DNA of 57,028 bases, counting the filler, from Bipalium vagum (Eukaryota), in NCBI GenBank assembly GCA_037834085.1. It is 3 parts of 3 records of this genome, joined end to end, with 100 filler letters (N's around TTAATTAATTAA, not from the genome) between each part and the next. Parts side by side here need not be neighbours in the genome. Positions count along the whole stretch, not along the records: positions 19,864 to 37,974 come from JBBMKC010040634.1; positions 38,075 to 57,028 come from JBBMKC010011560.1; 1 more part is not named here. One strand, 5' to 3'. Shown here piece by piece: positions 24,317-38,908 of the stretch (its first letter is position 1; every line of letters begins with the position of its first letter). The notes beneath the pieces were generated by a model. The model was not told the origin of the DNA, ran no database searches, and was given only the letters and a program-made list of their open reading frames with translations. The position numbers were made by a program, and so were the translations under genes.

Positions 24317-24779
24317 TAAATTATTTTAAAACTTATTAAGCTTATTTGTTTAATTTGCAGTGATGATAATAAATGTTTTTTAAAAAATATTTTGTTATTT
24401 TGAATAAAACCATATGTAATTAAACTTTAACAGAAGGGTTATGTAAATAATTGATGTAGTTTACAGTTAAGAATTTCATTTATGATTGCGAGTTATTGAC
24501 GAGGCTTAGTGGGGGGTGTAATATAAAAATATTGTTACTATTTCCCTTGACGTACCATGTATAAAAACTGACCAATCAAAATTGATTTTTTAGTTACAAG
24601 GTATGTTTCAAGTTACTAAACCTTTTAAACTAAATTAATTTTAAAAATCATAGTTGGAAATATGATTGAAGTGAAATAAATTTAGTCTTTCATTAATTTA
24701 GTTTAAAAATTTAACTAACTTGAAAATTACCATTGATATATATCCTTGTTAAATAACCAGTTAAGTAAAATAGTATCAA

Positions 24780-25060
24780 AATCTTAGCCATTAAATTGTC
24801 TTGCACTATGATACAACAGAACGGTGATCTGGGTACTTGAATTCATTTACAATCATTAGTTTTTATTATATTGTAATAATATCTTGAAAATGTATGGGGA
24901 CGCATGAAACACCAACTTCATCTTATGACCATAAAGCCTACCCCCTGTAACGATATGTCTAGCACCTGTCAGTAACTGTGAATTCTATGGAGCGAAGGAT
25001 ATCCGCAATAATCAAAACAGTTGTAGAATATACCAAATATTAAACATATTTTGTTTTTCT
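24780..25060 (+). mobile_element. Possible Tc1 3' remnant
   Basis: ENVWGRMKHQL motif only. Confidence 0.35.
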
Positions 25061-25764
25061 GTATTTACCGTTCTTTGTATATATGAATATACCTGAAATT
25101 ATATCTCTAAATTTATGTTACATATTGAATTTTTTTACTAGACAATTCAGTGTAACAGATTGTATATTCTGTTTAAATTAACAATTAACCTTACTTTATG
25201 TCCACATTAGTATATAAACACGGTATTATCTATAAGTTACTTTTAACTTATAGTAAATTTAAACAAATAATCATCACAATAGTAGAATAGATCAATATTA
25301 CAATTACAATTATTTGTGAATTAACAATTGTCATAAATCAATTGTTTTCAACCATTTTTTTATTTGACACAGCTAAATACAATATAGGAGGAATTGGTAA
25401 GCCGAGTCTGTTTCATCATAGCTGGATCAATTAGGGAAGTATGATGTTAGATGTATTCCGCAGTCATTTCACTTAATCCGATGAAGATTGTTAATTTGAT
25501 TTGGATTTGAAACTCTCGGAATGCTATAATAGCTCTGGCATTTTTATCAAACACTGTTAACTTTGAAAATCATATCGACAGAGTTTTAGTATTAGATAAA
25601 AAGTATACAACAGGATTCTGAAAGTAGTATTTAAGATCCAGTTTTCTTTTGTTGTCCTCAGTTATCTCTGAATTCTCTTTCAGTCCTATTAATTAGTATG
25701 ACAAATTAATGAATTTTAGTTTTTTCTTATTGGTATTGTTATAATCAATATATTATTATTAAGA

Positions 25765-26090
25765 AGGTCAGTCGAAAAGTAGCGGAAATGACACACAAAC
25801 AGCATATATTTATTATAATAATTAACATAATTGTTTTTCGAAGTATTCAGCGTCACAATCTATGCACTTTTTCATTCTGTAAAATCAGTCCTTGAAACAT
25901 TTATTCCAATCCGAAGTATGATTTGAATGCTTCTACAGCCTGTTCACGCTGCCCACGCAATTTTTTTATGGAACCAAATGTGAAGAAGTCATTTGGTACC
26001 GAATCAGAACTATGAGATGGATGGCTTAAAAAATCTGTTGTTTTATGGATTGTATGGGAAATGGCATTATCATGATGAAGTATTATAATG
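25765..26090 (-). mobile_element. Mariner 3' fragment
   Basis: HHDNAISH, SHPSHSSDSVPNDFF, KCIDCDAEYFEK. Confidence 0.75.
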
Positions 26091-26174
26091 GATCTTTATT
26101 ATAATTATTATTCCGCTTTGTATGCCATATTTAAATGTAAATATTTTTTATTATTATTAGATAAAAGTAATATA

Positions 26175-27162
26175 TTAGGAGTATCCATAAGTAATCAATT
26201 AAGTGGCAAAACAAAAAAGAATTTAAACACATTTATTTCTATTTTTAATCGATTATATAATTTCCATCGTTGTCTAGGACCTTTTGTCATTTTGTTGGTA
26301 GAGTTTCAATCCCCTGGCCATAAAATTCTGTATCCTTTGAAGAGAAATATGATTCTAGGTGAGTTCGAACATCATCGGCATTTTTGAAATTTTGATTCTT
26401 CAGGGAATATTCCATGGACTGGAATAAATAAAAATCCGATGGCGTAATGTCTGGAGAATATGGGGGATGTGGTAAAACATCCCGGTCTAGCTACCTTAAT
26501 TTTTTTTTGGGTTAATTTTGCTGCATGAGGTCTTGCATTATCATGTTGCAATATTACCCCTTTTCTGTTAACCAAACCTGATCGTTTTAACAATTGGTTT
26601 CGTAATCTATTCAATTGTTGGCAATACAATTATCCAACTGTTTCTCCTGATTTCAATAATTCAAAATGAATTATGCCACCACAATCTCACCAAACGGACA
26701 ATAACACCTTCTTCAAAGTGAGGAATGGTTTAGGAATGGGTACGGCTAGTTGATTCTTGAGAAAGCCATTGGTTGGTGCACTTGTTGTTGTAAAAGACAT
26801 ATTTCTCGTCACCAGTAACAATCCTTCTTAAAAATGGATCATTTCTTTATATGCAAAAAATATGCAAATTGTACGCCGTTGATCTTTATTCATCTCCGAC
26901 AATAGATGTGGGACCCATATACCCTGCCTGTAAATCTTCCAGATTTCTTTAAGATGTCTTTGAACAGTTGACCAAGTAGCTTAAAGAGTTGTATCTCCGA
27001 CATTTTATATCAGAATAATAAAAATGTTTGAATTTAATTATAATCAATATTCAAGGTCAACGATTGTAATTTAACGTAATAAAACACGTGTTTCAGGGTC
27101 TGAGTTAGAATGAAGCAAACACTGCATACTAGAAATAATTGATTACTCATGGGTACTCCTAA
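26175..27162 (-). mobile_element. Internally deleted mariner with both TIRs
   Basis: TIRs TTAGGAGTA(T/C)CCAT(A/G)AGTAATCAATTA with TA flanks; VTGDEK, ILQHDNARPH. Confidence 0.93.
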
Positions 27163-27879
27163 TAGTATTAAAATAACGTATTTTATGATTAAATCTTTTA
27201 TTTTTTACTAAACCTTTCTACCTTCTGCAATCTCAAAATTTTTCGACTGCCCCTCGAATTATTATTCTTATTTTTCATTTTATAATCTTTTCTTTCAAGA
27301 TTATTTTCAAGAACATTTTTCGATTTGTAGCTACATCTGTTCTCCTCGAATAAAAAAATGGAAATTAAAATAATATTTTTTTCCAGCAAAATAAAATTAA
27401 GTTATTTTAATTCCAAAACAGAAACAAAAGCAATAAAATTCAAGAGTCAGCTTTCATTCTTATCCATTAGATTGGATAGATTGAGTTTAGTGGTTTTTTC
27501 ACTTTTACAGTCGTATTTTAACTTGGGTCCTTATGAAAAGGAGAATTAATTTAATTTTACGACAGCTCTAATTTAAATATATTTTTATGAAAAATTGTAA
27601 TACATAATGACATTCAATTTGTTTATTATTTATGCATTATTCAAGACACATTTTGCAAGGTTATTTATTTAGACAGTAATAATTTTTAGATCGAGAATAC
27701 TATTGGAATTTTTTACTTCGTTTGTGAGCTAAGTCATTAATTTTTAAGTCATCATTGGTAGAAATTTTAAAAATATTTTGCGCCCCTAGAAATTAATTAA
27801 TTTCGATATTAAATATATTTGCTGTTATTTTTAAATTAGACCGCTTAAGTCTTCGCTTGAGATTCCGTGGTCGAAGTCT

Positions 27880-28223
27880 AGTTATAGTTTTGAATGACAA
27901 TGAAAAGCTGCAAAGTTCTTGAATGACAACTACAAATACTGATGAACTTGAGTTTGACCATATCGATTATTCAACATATTCTCTGGATTTAGCTCAAAGG
28001 GATTACCACCTGTTTCGTTGTTTGTAGCAGTTCTTGAAAATTAAGCGGTTTTAAAGCAATTATGAAATGCGTGTTTCTTTTCAAGAGTTCGTGTATTTGT
28101 ATTGTTATTTGGTTAATAGATCTATAAATATAACAAACAGAACATAAAAGACAATAAAAACATTAATACAAATGACATTTTATTAAACTTATGTAGTGGC
28201 GCAAAATTTTTTTCATAACCTAA
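27880..28223 (+). mobile_element. Mariner 3' fragment
   Basis: YSLDLAQRDYHLFR; TIR-like end TTTTTCATAACCTAA followed by TA. Confidence 0.7.
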
Positions 28224-28328
28224 TATAATGATTATAGGTAAGTCAAGATTACGTTAATTCAGAATCTAAAAAGTGAACAATGACTGAAATTTAAACAGCC
28301 GTCTTTTGATATTTATTTACATTTTTTA

Positions 28329-28441
28329 AAATTTATTTTTCGAATATACGCATTTTATTAAATAAATACAAAATTTATTCAATATATTTGAATAAATTTT
28401 GTATTTATTTAATAAAAGGCGTATATTCGAAAAATAAATTT
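28329..28441. repeat. 113-bp near-perfect palindrome
   Basis: 54-bp arms, 1 mismatch, 5-nt loop. Confidence 0.95.
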
Positions 28442-30907
28442 ATATTGTTCACAAGATTAAGATTTTTTAAAATATTATTAATATTTGCTAAAATTGTTTT
28501 TTGATATTTTGATCAATTGCAAAATTTTAACTGATGAGCTGATAAAAAAATTGTAAATTTGTTTATTAGCTCAAGATTTAAATGCGTTTTTGATACATTT
28601 TTTGCAGTCATTTAATTTTAAGCACAGAGTCAAATATGGAGTCTTTTTTCAATATTTGATTCTATCAAAAGTCGAAATTACTTATCACCATCGAAAAAAT
28701 GATAGTAAAAAATGGCCAGTAATAAAAAACCTCAGATTAACTCACATGATAGAGAAAGCAGAAATTAATATTTGAATTTTCTTAAAGAAAAAGTACATTA
28801 ATGTTATTTTTTTTTATTTATAATTATAGTTATATTTATAAATTTAAAAATTGAACAGAAAATTTTTCAATAATTTTTAATAAATATAACAAATATTTAT
28901 AATAATAATAATAATAATAATAATTAATATAATAACAACATAATATTTAATTTTGGAAATGATTACTGTAAAGTTTTTGAAAATTAAACGAATTGTTTTG
29001 AGCCAATAATAATACTTTTGAAAAAAAAATTATAAATATTGGTTTACGTAAAGGAGAATTAAGAAGATATTATGTCTGTTTACTAAAGATAATTTAAAAG
29101 AAAAATTTAAATATATCAAGTATTATTGTTTAGATAAACAAAAAACATTCCTTCCATCATTTAATATCTTTATTTTTTCGAAAAATGAATAATAATCATA
29201 AAATTGCTTTTTAATTTAAATAAAAAATTTTATTATTAAAGTTGAGTTAAGAAGAGTTAATTTGTCTTTTGACTATAATATTGCTAATTAATGAACGTCA
29301 ATCTGGGAAACGAAAATTTTTGCTTTGAAAAATATAAAATAATGCTGCTAAGCTGTTTTAAAGTCGTAATAATAAAATAAGGAAAAAATAAAATAAAATT
29401 TTAATAATACATCTTCACCAACTATACTATTTATCGAGAAACCGCAGAGTTAATAATATTTTTTTCCACTTTTCCATCATCAGTATTTTTATTTATTTAT
29501 ATTTTTCCATTCTTATCCATTATTGTATTAATTGAGCAATTGTTAAATAATTAATGAGTGCAAATATTTCTAATGATATAAAATTTATAGATTATCGATT
29601 GAGATATATTTTGGTAAAGCTGGCTTTCAAGAAAAATATTTTCCCATTTATATTAATTATTAAAATTTTATTTTAGTGGCATATATAATAATTCTATCAA
29701 TGTAAGTCATAACCAATTTCTGTCTAAGAAATTTTCGATAAAAAGAGAATTAATTTATATTTGCCTATTTAAATGATATGAATATAGATATTAGTATATT
29801 ATTCATGATTAGTTCGATTTTCTGTCTCTTCAAAATCAACAATCTTTTTGATTAAATGTAAATTAGTAAACTTCAATAATTAGCTTATCATCCCATATAT
29901 TTTCTGAATTTTTTAAAAAATATTTTTAAAAATTATTTATGTATTTCTTTTTAAAGATATTCCATCCTAATTATTTAGAAGAGGTTAATAAAAAAATTTT
30001 CATCAGCTCTTTTCTCATATTCATTTCGTTTTTAATGTATAAATTTTTTAATTGAAAAAATGAAATTAAAAAATATTAACTTTAGAACAATTTTTTTCTA
30101 ATTTTATTTTTATTTTAAAATTTTCTAAATTAAATTTTATTTTTAAATTAAATTTGTGTTAAAAAAATTACATAAAATATAATAAAATTAATAACGTAAC
30201 TTAATGATGCAAGATGATGAAAATATGAAAGATACATAATGAAAAAAAGATTTTAAATAAAAAATTACCCAATAATCAATCATGATAGGCTAATATTAAA
30301 ACAAAATAATCAGAGAAAAAGAATTATGGACAATTTATTATTGCTCATTAATAATAAAAGTAATATTAGGTAGAAATAAGGTAGAAATCAACATAGATTA
30401 ATATCCCATAGTTTAGAAAAAGGATTTATATAATAATAAGATAGAGAATCAGCATTCAATAGACCCTCAATATCTTGATAATTAATTAATTAATGTCTTC
30501 ATACACTATTGTTAATCATAATTACTATATCCTGACAATGACGTAAAATAATATTAACACACAGAATTAATAGATAGAAAATAAATAAGCAAAAAGCTGA
30601 ATATTCTAATGTAGGGTATTTTGATAAGAAATAATTTAACCGAATTAAAATTACGATTTCAGTGACAAAGAATAATTCAACCTATCAATGATAATGAAAA
30701 AATATCATTGTCAGATGAGTTGAAGATCCAGTAAAAGGATTTCCCGAGTCAATTCTGATATTATTATTGTTGAATATAATTTACTGAATTCTCCAATCTC
30801 GTTTTCCTAAACGGATCAAGATCAGTAGTTTCGAGGCATTGAGTCTGTCCTACAGATCTATGTAAATTCATAAATATTCTTCTAGGGCCCACCTTTTCTG
30901 TGGTAAA

Positions 30908-31032
30908 ATGGTCTAGTGCAAGACTTGAAATTATCTCAATTTAATTCTTATATATATTTGTATTATATAAATATATTATAAATTATTCATAAGAATTAAA
31001 TTGAGATAATTTCATGTCTTACACTAGGCCAT
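30908..31032. repeat. Inverted repeat (foldback)
   Basis: 44-bp arms (30908-30951 and 30989-31032), 3 mismatches, 37-nt AT-rich spacer. Confidence 0.9.
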
Positions 31033-31489
31033 ATTTGTAAATAAATAAATAAATAAATAAAATATCTGAATATATTTATATATAGCAATAATTTCAATTT
31101 TACACTGTATCCACATTAATCTTAAATTAATACAGATTTATTTCTTAAATTTCAAATAAATAATATTTAAATTTATTTTATTTTTAATCTGAAACTGCAT
31201 TTTATTAATTTAACAATTATACTATAAACGGAGCTTAAAATTCCGGAAAAAATATTTTAAAAATAAATTTAATTCTAAATTATATTCCTAATTTGAAAAA
31301 AAAATAGTCAGAAATTCTTCTTTGATTTTTAATACAATTTAATAAAGCAAATAAAATTTAATGTAATTCTCCTTTTGTTTTATATCTCGTTTTCGTCAAA
31401 GCAATAATTCCAGCGAATATGTTTACATGATAAACTTTTAAAAATATTTAAAAACAAGTACTCAAAAAATAAAAAAATCTTGTTTCAAT

Positions 31490-31930
31490 ACTTCATTCAG
31501 AAAGTTTCACCGAGGTTTAACGTGATCGATAATTTTGCAAGGGATATCCCCGGATCGTTGCTGATTAGGAGTTGGGTCTTTGGATAATGTTTTGGGTCCT
31601 TGTCTTCCTCTCTATGGCGTAAATATTCCTTGCTAAATTAGCAGAATTTTCTTCGGACATATCTAAAGCAGAATAATGTTTTGCAAATTCATATACAGTG
31701 TACCTTGAATACCCGAAAAAAATTAATTTCCATACTTGACCTTCTGGTTTGGAGCTATTCTATTACTGTCGCTCTTCGATTTAATTCGGATGTCATAATT
31801 TCTATTATTATGATTTTCAAATAATGCGGATTTTTAAAAGTTAAAACAAATATTTTCAATACAGATTAATTAATTTTTGTTTCTCCATATCACAACAAAC
31901 GTTTCCAGAATTTTGCTAGCGGACTCTGTA
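31490..31930 (-). mobile_element. DD37D/maT-like element, 5' part
   Basis: TA followed by terminus CAGAGTCCGCTAGC; NRRATVIE...GYSRYTVYE...SANLAR...LISNDPGISLAKLS resembles maT-type N-termini. Confidence 0.65.
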
Positions 31931-33989
31931 TATCAGTAGAAATGACCTAAGCTGATTTCTTTACAGAATATTAAGGTTTGGATAAAATTAATATTCTATG
32001 ATGATTGCAGAGACAAACATGGATTTTCAAAAGTTCTTTAAAGTTTTCTTCTTATCAAATGAGTTTATTAACTTCACTTTTGTAGATAACTTTCTTTAGG
32101 AACATATCAATATATCGAAAAATGATTTAAAATTAAAAATAAAAAGTTTGACTGTGCTCTTCTGAATATACTGCGTTTGAAGGACTAAGTCCTAACAGAT
32201 TTTCATTAGTTCAAACATGTGGATCAATTTACAAAAGGCTTATCAACTTAGGCTTAAGCGCTATTTTAAAGTGGTCATGTATTAAAGTTGATGAAAAATA
32301 TTTTTTAAAAATAAATTGTAAAAGGATAACATTAAATAATAAAAGACGACTGAAATATAATGAGGTAAAATTTATTGCCAAATATTTTTTACTGTGCAAA
32401 GTGACCCTATAAAAGAGGGTCAAGAAACTATAAGTTTCGCACATAAATATTATGAAAAATCAAAAATAATAATTAGGAAACCAATTTTCTTAAACAAACA
32501 GTTCGCGATTTACCGATTGAATAGTCAACCAAGTTGACAATTATATATATTATACTTATTTAAGACGAGATCATAATACAAAAGAAAATAGAAATCCATT
32601 AATAGCTGAAACCTTGAGAAAATTATTTAAATAACTATTCAAACCTAGAAATGGTATTCAGGTCTTTGAGTAAGTTTTGTTTAATTCACAATTAAATTGT
32701 TATACAAAACATGATAAATCGTTTAGATTTATTAGAGCTTTTATTTATTACATTTAACCAAATAGAAGGTAATCATACATAAGTTGTTAAACTTAAACTT
32801 AATAGGGATTACTTGATAATAATTTAACCTAATTATTAAGTAAATAATCAATGAGTCTCTGTTTATATTCGTTTGAGGTCTCTGTTGGTCTAAATCCAGA
32901 ATTTCAATACTATTAAGTTGAGATTCGTAGCTTATCTGAAGGCTGTTCCAGGATATCTATCATTTAATTAAAAAACTAAATAAAACCCGAGTTTGGAAGA
33001 TTTATAGAAGTGTATTATTCGATTTATTGTCATTAGATCTGCTATTTCAGATATACATTATCAATTTGCAACTCAGTTTTCTTAGTTAATTTAAATATTA
33101 ATTGGAGTCTGTGTTGAATTGGTGAAAAGTTAGTTGAACTACCCTAACTCATAATCATTAACCTAACAAACTGTTTAATTACTTAAACTACCAAACGTTG
33201 GTTTTACTATTTAAAACTCTCATGGTGACGACCGTATGAAAGTGATTAATCAAAAATATGAACAATATTTAATAATTTTTAATTAATAAATACGACATTT
33301 ATTATTTTCTGGTATGTTTTTTCACTGATAAATGTAAAATTTTAAAAAGGTTGACACACTAAACAGATATAACTGAACTGATAGAGAATGAAATCTGTCT
33401 GGGTGAAATATATTTACAGAATATTTTTCTGATATTTATAATTATATTTTTTTTAAATGAATAAATAATGAAATAAGTTTTAATTTAAAGAAAAAATAAC
33501 TCTCACGAATTAACATATTATGACCAGAATTTCTTTTTTTAAAAGTTTATTCTTAAATTCACAAAAATTATATTTTAATACATAAAATTATTAAGCTTTC
33601 TTTTATTTATTTTTTTGCTTTTCTAAGGATCCATTCGAAACCAAAAATTTTACTATTTCAAAAAGGAATTTTCATTCATTTCTTCTTTCAAGTATCGATT
33701 ATATATGTTTCTTATTTCAAAAATAATAATATTATTTTATCTAACAGATTTTTAATTATTATACTTATTTATATATATAATATAATATGATAATAATAAT
33801 AATATTATTATTATCTATCCAAATAAAATTTTTCGATGATGATTAAAGTGATTTTTATTATTAATGAAAATATTTTTTCAATTTTTTTTTATATTTTCAA
33901 AGTTGCTACCGAAAGAATTTGATTTTTTAGGAATTGATAAAATCATTGCCATAATTTTTTCTTCTCGTCTTAGTGATGTTTGCAGCTCG

Positions 33990-34930
33990 AAAAAAGTGTT
34001 CCACTGACCGAAATAATTGAAAATAGTTGAAATTAATCAACAGAGTAGTTACGATGGCGTTTTATGACCTTTCTCCACATGGCCATCAATTTTTCAATTC
34101 AAGTTTTTTAAAAAATGGGTCTCTAGAGCTAAAGTACTCAAGAAAGGTATGACTCTCAATATCACTTTAATATTTTTCCATTTAAGAATTTTGTAATGAT
34201 CTGAAGAAATGAACGAATGATCACCTCTCCAAGTTCCTTATTTTCTTCTCTAGTTATCCTTGCAACATGAGGTATGGCATTATCATGATATAGAAAAATA
34301 TTTTTTTCTATTCCGAAGGACTGAATGTGTTTCTGCAATATCTGCTTTCAATCTGCCCAGCTGAGCACAATAATATTGTTCATTAATGGCTTCCCCGACT
34401 TCAAGTATTTCTAAGTGATCCACACCACGAATGTTTCACTAAACACATAAGATATTTTTTGATCTATGAATATTTAGGTTAAAAATTATTCTTGTGTGTT
34501 CTCCAGTAGCAAACTATTGTTCTCTCATAACTGTGTAGCAATGCATTATTCATTTTCTCGACCAGCATTATAAAGTAGTCAAAAAATTGTTTCTTTTTAT
34601 GGAAGTTTAAGTGTATGATGCATTTCTGTAGTCTTTAGAGATTTGTTCGAATCACTAAGTTTTTAATACACCCCTTTTCCATAATTAAAAAACTTTGATT
34701 TTAAGTACCGTTGAACTACTGACCTTGAAGAATTTGTGAAATTTCCAGATGTGTTTGAGTAGAATCTTCTTCCACACCAATTCACAATTCATCTTCACCA
34801 AAATTTCCTCTCAGAAATCTGTTCGGCCATAGTTGACACTTACAAACATCTAAAGAATCTGATAGATTTCATTGATATTTGAGGTTGATGTCTGCATTAT
34901 GATCATAATTATAATTTTATACTATTAGTA
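33990..34930 (-). mobile_element. Heavily decayed mariner
   Basis: YHDNAIPHVA, EYFSSRDPFF..IEKL..WRK remnants. Confidence 0.7.
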
Positions 34931-37901
34931 ATACTTATATAAGGCCAATAAATCCTGATAATTTTGCAATGTGATAAAAACACATTACTTGTGGGTATGG
35001 ATGTCAGGTAAAAAGACAGGTAAATGTCAGGTAAAAGACATTTTCTATTTTTCAATCTATAATATATTGTGGTTTATCATTTTTTTCAATCACACTTGAT
35101 GTTTTCTGTAGATATATTCTATTTTTCGGTATAACAACTACTTGATCGAGTTCTAACTAATGTTCGACCAATTATTATCAAAATTCAATTTGTTATGATT
35201 TACTCTGGACAGTGAACAATATTATTTAAATTAAAAAAAAATTCATGATATTAATAATAATATTTCATAAATAATAATAATAATAATAATAAAAATAATA
35301 ATAATAAATTTTATATATGGGAATTTTCTACCAGTTATTAATTAAGTAATAAAATCAGCAATGGGAATATTTTCCTTTCGGCCTCCACGAGACTTAAGAA
35401 TTTGAGCGAAGACGACTAAGACTGTCTTTTAAAAAATGAATTGTTTTAATATCAAATATCATTAGCCGTCAGGCGGGATTGACGAATAAAAAAGTTTCAC
35501 GAGATCCAATTTTTGTTAATTTTTTAAAAAAAGGATAAAAATGTTTTTAAATCATCGAAGGTAATTGATAATCTTGTTTGATTTAAAATTGATAATTTTT
35601 TTTCTTCGAGTTACGTTAATAGAGAATTAATTTTTAGTAAAGTAATTTGCAATTTACTATTAATTCATAAATAATTAAATAATCTTTTAATTATTTATTT
35701 TTCTTTTGATTTGCATGAAAGACTCAATGGTTATGACAATAAGGTGTGATCATGAGTGGTAGATGGGAACGGCAATATTCCAGGGTGATTTCGTTAAGAA
35801 ACTTTATCTGATGTGTTGCACGAACCGAGCGGTTTTATTTCATTGTTGTTCACTTCACTCATTTGCATAGTATTGGTCTGAATTCCAAGTATCATCCAAC
35901 TATTTTCGAAGAAAAAAAATTATCCATTTTAAATCAAACAAGATTATCAATTACCTTCGATGATTTACAAAAATTTTTTTCATCATTTTTTTAATATTGG
36001 TCTGAATTCCATGTTCCATTCAACTATTTTCCAGTTATCACTGTATTTTGAAAATTTAAGAGTCAATAAGCAGACCGAGGTAATCATGGGATTATCGTGT
36101 TTTACGAAATTTTACACCCTGGGATTAGCCATGGGGTGAATATACATTTTTGTTGTTGTTGGTCTTCTGTTATTATGTTAGTGAAAAATTTGACCGAACC
36201 CTCTATTTAGTAAAGATATTGAAAATTGTTTATTTGGCTTCAGATCGATTAGATCAAAATCTCCATTTCCGCACATTTCAAACAATTTTTAGGGACTACC
36301 GCCCACTGAAGGGATTGGTAAGAACTTTTTATGTTACTTATTTTTTATTCATATATTAAGAATGCATTTTTGAATTTATTTTCTTTCCAGATGCTTTAAA
36401 CGTTGGTAAATAAATAATTAAATAAAGCTGGATGAAACATTTTCATAATTTTATAATTTCAATAATAATATTTTTAGATCGATAAAAATTAGAGAATTCA
36501 ATAAAGCATAAAACGGAGACACCGGAAATTAATTATTTAAAGATATAATAAAAGAATATTTAATAATGGTAATTATTTTATTATTATAATTATTATTTTC
36601 TAATAACATAAATATATTTTGATTATTCAATTATTGTCAAAAAAATATTTATCAAACTTTCACTTTATGACCAAACTGTGAATTTTCACCTGCAACATAA
36701 AGTACTAATAATAAATTATATAAAAAAGAATTTCATATCTTATAAAAACCACAGATGAAATCCAAAATATTTAATAAAAATTATGAAAAAAACTAAACAG
36801 TTTAAAATTTTTAATTAAAACTCAAATTATTAATTTTTAAATAATATTTATCAATTATTATAATTATATTGACAATTAAACGGACCAACGTACAATTTAT
36901 TCAATAAGTCACCCCAGAATTTCATTTGTCTTTCTTTACTATTAGATCATTATTTTTCGATTTGTTTTAATTGTCAACTTATATTAAAATTTGCGAATCA
37001 ACTTTTTATTTAAAAAATTTGTAAATAGAAAATTATTTGTTTTTGTCAATTTTTGTGCTTTTAAATGTTTGTTTTTAAGAAACTTATTTGCTTTTGTTAC
37101 TTTTTTGTGATTCGTCTCAAGTCTCTTTCTTGACCGGTCAACCATATCAAGTCTCTTTTTTGACCGATTCGGTCAAAAAAACATGATCCTAAAATTTTAT
37201 ACATATACTTCTAGAGAATACATATTTATATTATTTACTAATGCAGAACATTGACAACTGAAGAAAAAATGTTTGTGCTTCGAATATCATAGCATCCAAT
37301 CTGTAACGTTGATGTAACTGAGATGGAAATACAACAAAAATAGGTATAGTAAAAAATATTGAAAATTTAAAATATGGACAACTGTTAATTTATCAGATAA
37401 AGTTATTGAATATACTCTTTATTTTATGAACTTCCAAAATGCAATACTCAATACATTTAGACAACAACTTTATTTTCACTTGTTTTCTGTTTTAATCCTC
37501 TAGAATGTAGAGTCTAGATCAAAAAACAAAACAGTACTGAAAATTTTGGAAATATTTGAAAAAGAATTAACAAAGAAATGTTTGTAATGTTATTCATTTA
37601 GAATGAAATATTATTTTTTTTTGTTTTAATCGTTTGAGTAAAAAGTCTGTTTTTAATCAGCGAAGAGATTACTAAATGAGTAATTTGATTAGATTTTCAG
37701 AAAATCTTGGATTTCTTTTTGTGTAATATTGTAATCTTAATTCACATTTTAATTCATTTTTATTAAAATAAATTTTATATTTGCTTTGAAATGAAATTTT
37801 TTTATAAACCTATTAGGTAAATGTAAAAATAAAATTATATTTTACAATCTATAACAATAAAATAAAACACAATACGATAGAAATATCAATTTATTCTTAC
37901 A

Positions 37902-37902
<1 letters not shown>

Positions 37903-37974
<72 letters not shown>

Positions 37975-38326
37975 NNNNNNNNNNNNNNNNNNNNNNNNNN
38001 NNNNNNNNNNNNNNNNNNTTAATTAATTAANNNNNNNNNNNNNNNNNNNNNNNNNNNNNNNNNNNNNNNNNNNNGATAATAATAATTGATAATAATAATT
38101 GATAATAATAATTGATAATAATAATTGATAATAATAATTGATAATAATAATAATTGATAATAATAATTGATAATAATAATTGATAATAATAATTGATAAT
38201 AATTATTTAATTATAATAATTAAAATTAGAAGTAATAAAAATAATAACAATACAAGTAATGATAATCACCAAAGTCTTAATAAACATGATGATAATATTT
38301 ATAATACAAAAACATAAGTAATAATG

Positions 38327-38388
<62 letters not shown>
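37903..38388. repeat. (ATT)n, (GATAATAATAATT)n and (TAA)n simple repeats flanking a gap
   Basis: ATT at 37903-37974; 13-bp unit at about 38075-38205; TAA at about 38330-38388. Confidence 0.9.
37975..38074. other. Assembly gap with artificial six-frame-stop linker
   Basis: 44 N + TTAATTAATTAA (38019-38030) + 44 N. Confidence 0.97.
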
Positions 38389-38389
<1 letters not shown>

Positions 38390-38908
38390 TTCAATATTAC
38401 TTAATAAAATGCATAATATCTGAAAGATGTGAGAATCTTGTACAGATATTGCTGAAAGACTAAATGAAACCTGCCAAACCCCAAAGATTCTTGAATGAAG
38501 AAAAAATTGATTCTTTTGAAAAAGAATATAGAAAAATCGTCAATTGTTCATTGTTGCTATGTAACTATTGCAATTTATCACAATTGGTTTTGTACTTTGT
38601 TTAACTTCGGTTACCAAGCTTTATCACTACAGAGTATATCATTGGATATTGTTTTCTTCACTACAATATTTTAACGAAGCAGCAATCTTAAGAATTGTGG
38701 GACATTGTCAGACCTTGCCTTTATTCCCTTTCTGAGAAAGTATTGCAGATTTTTCATAGAAACATGTGCGCTTCCAATTCTCCTTCAATTGGAAAATTTA
38801 ATATACTTTATATATATATGTAATTTTATTGTATATATTATTGTGAAAATGACGTAAAAAGTTGAGAATGGGGTTGATTTTAAAAATCGAATTTATGGTC
38901 AATATATA

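Noticed and set aside
36244-36317. DYRPL resembling nematode NLP-12 (DYRPLQFamide)
   Set aside because: Continues KGL, with no QFG, dibasic sites or signal peptide.
38075-38205. Regular 13-bp repeat array as CRISPR-like or telomeric
   Set aside because: No spacers; derived from a TAA microsatellite in a eukaryotic context.
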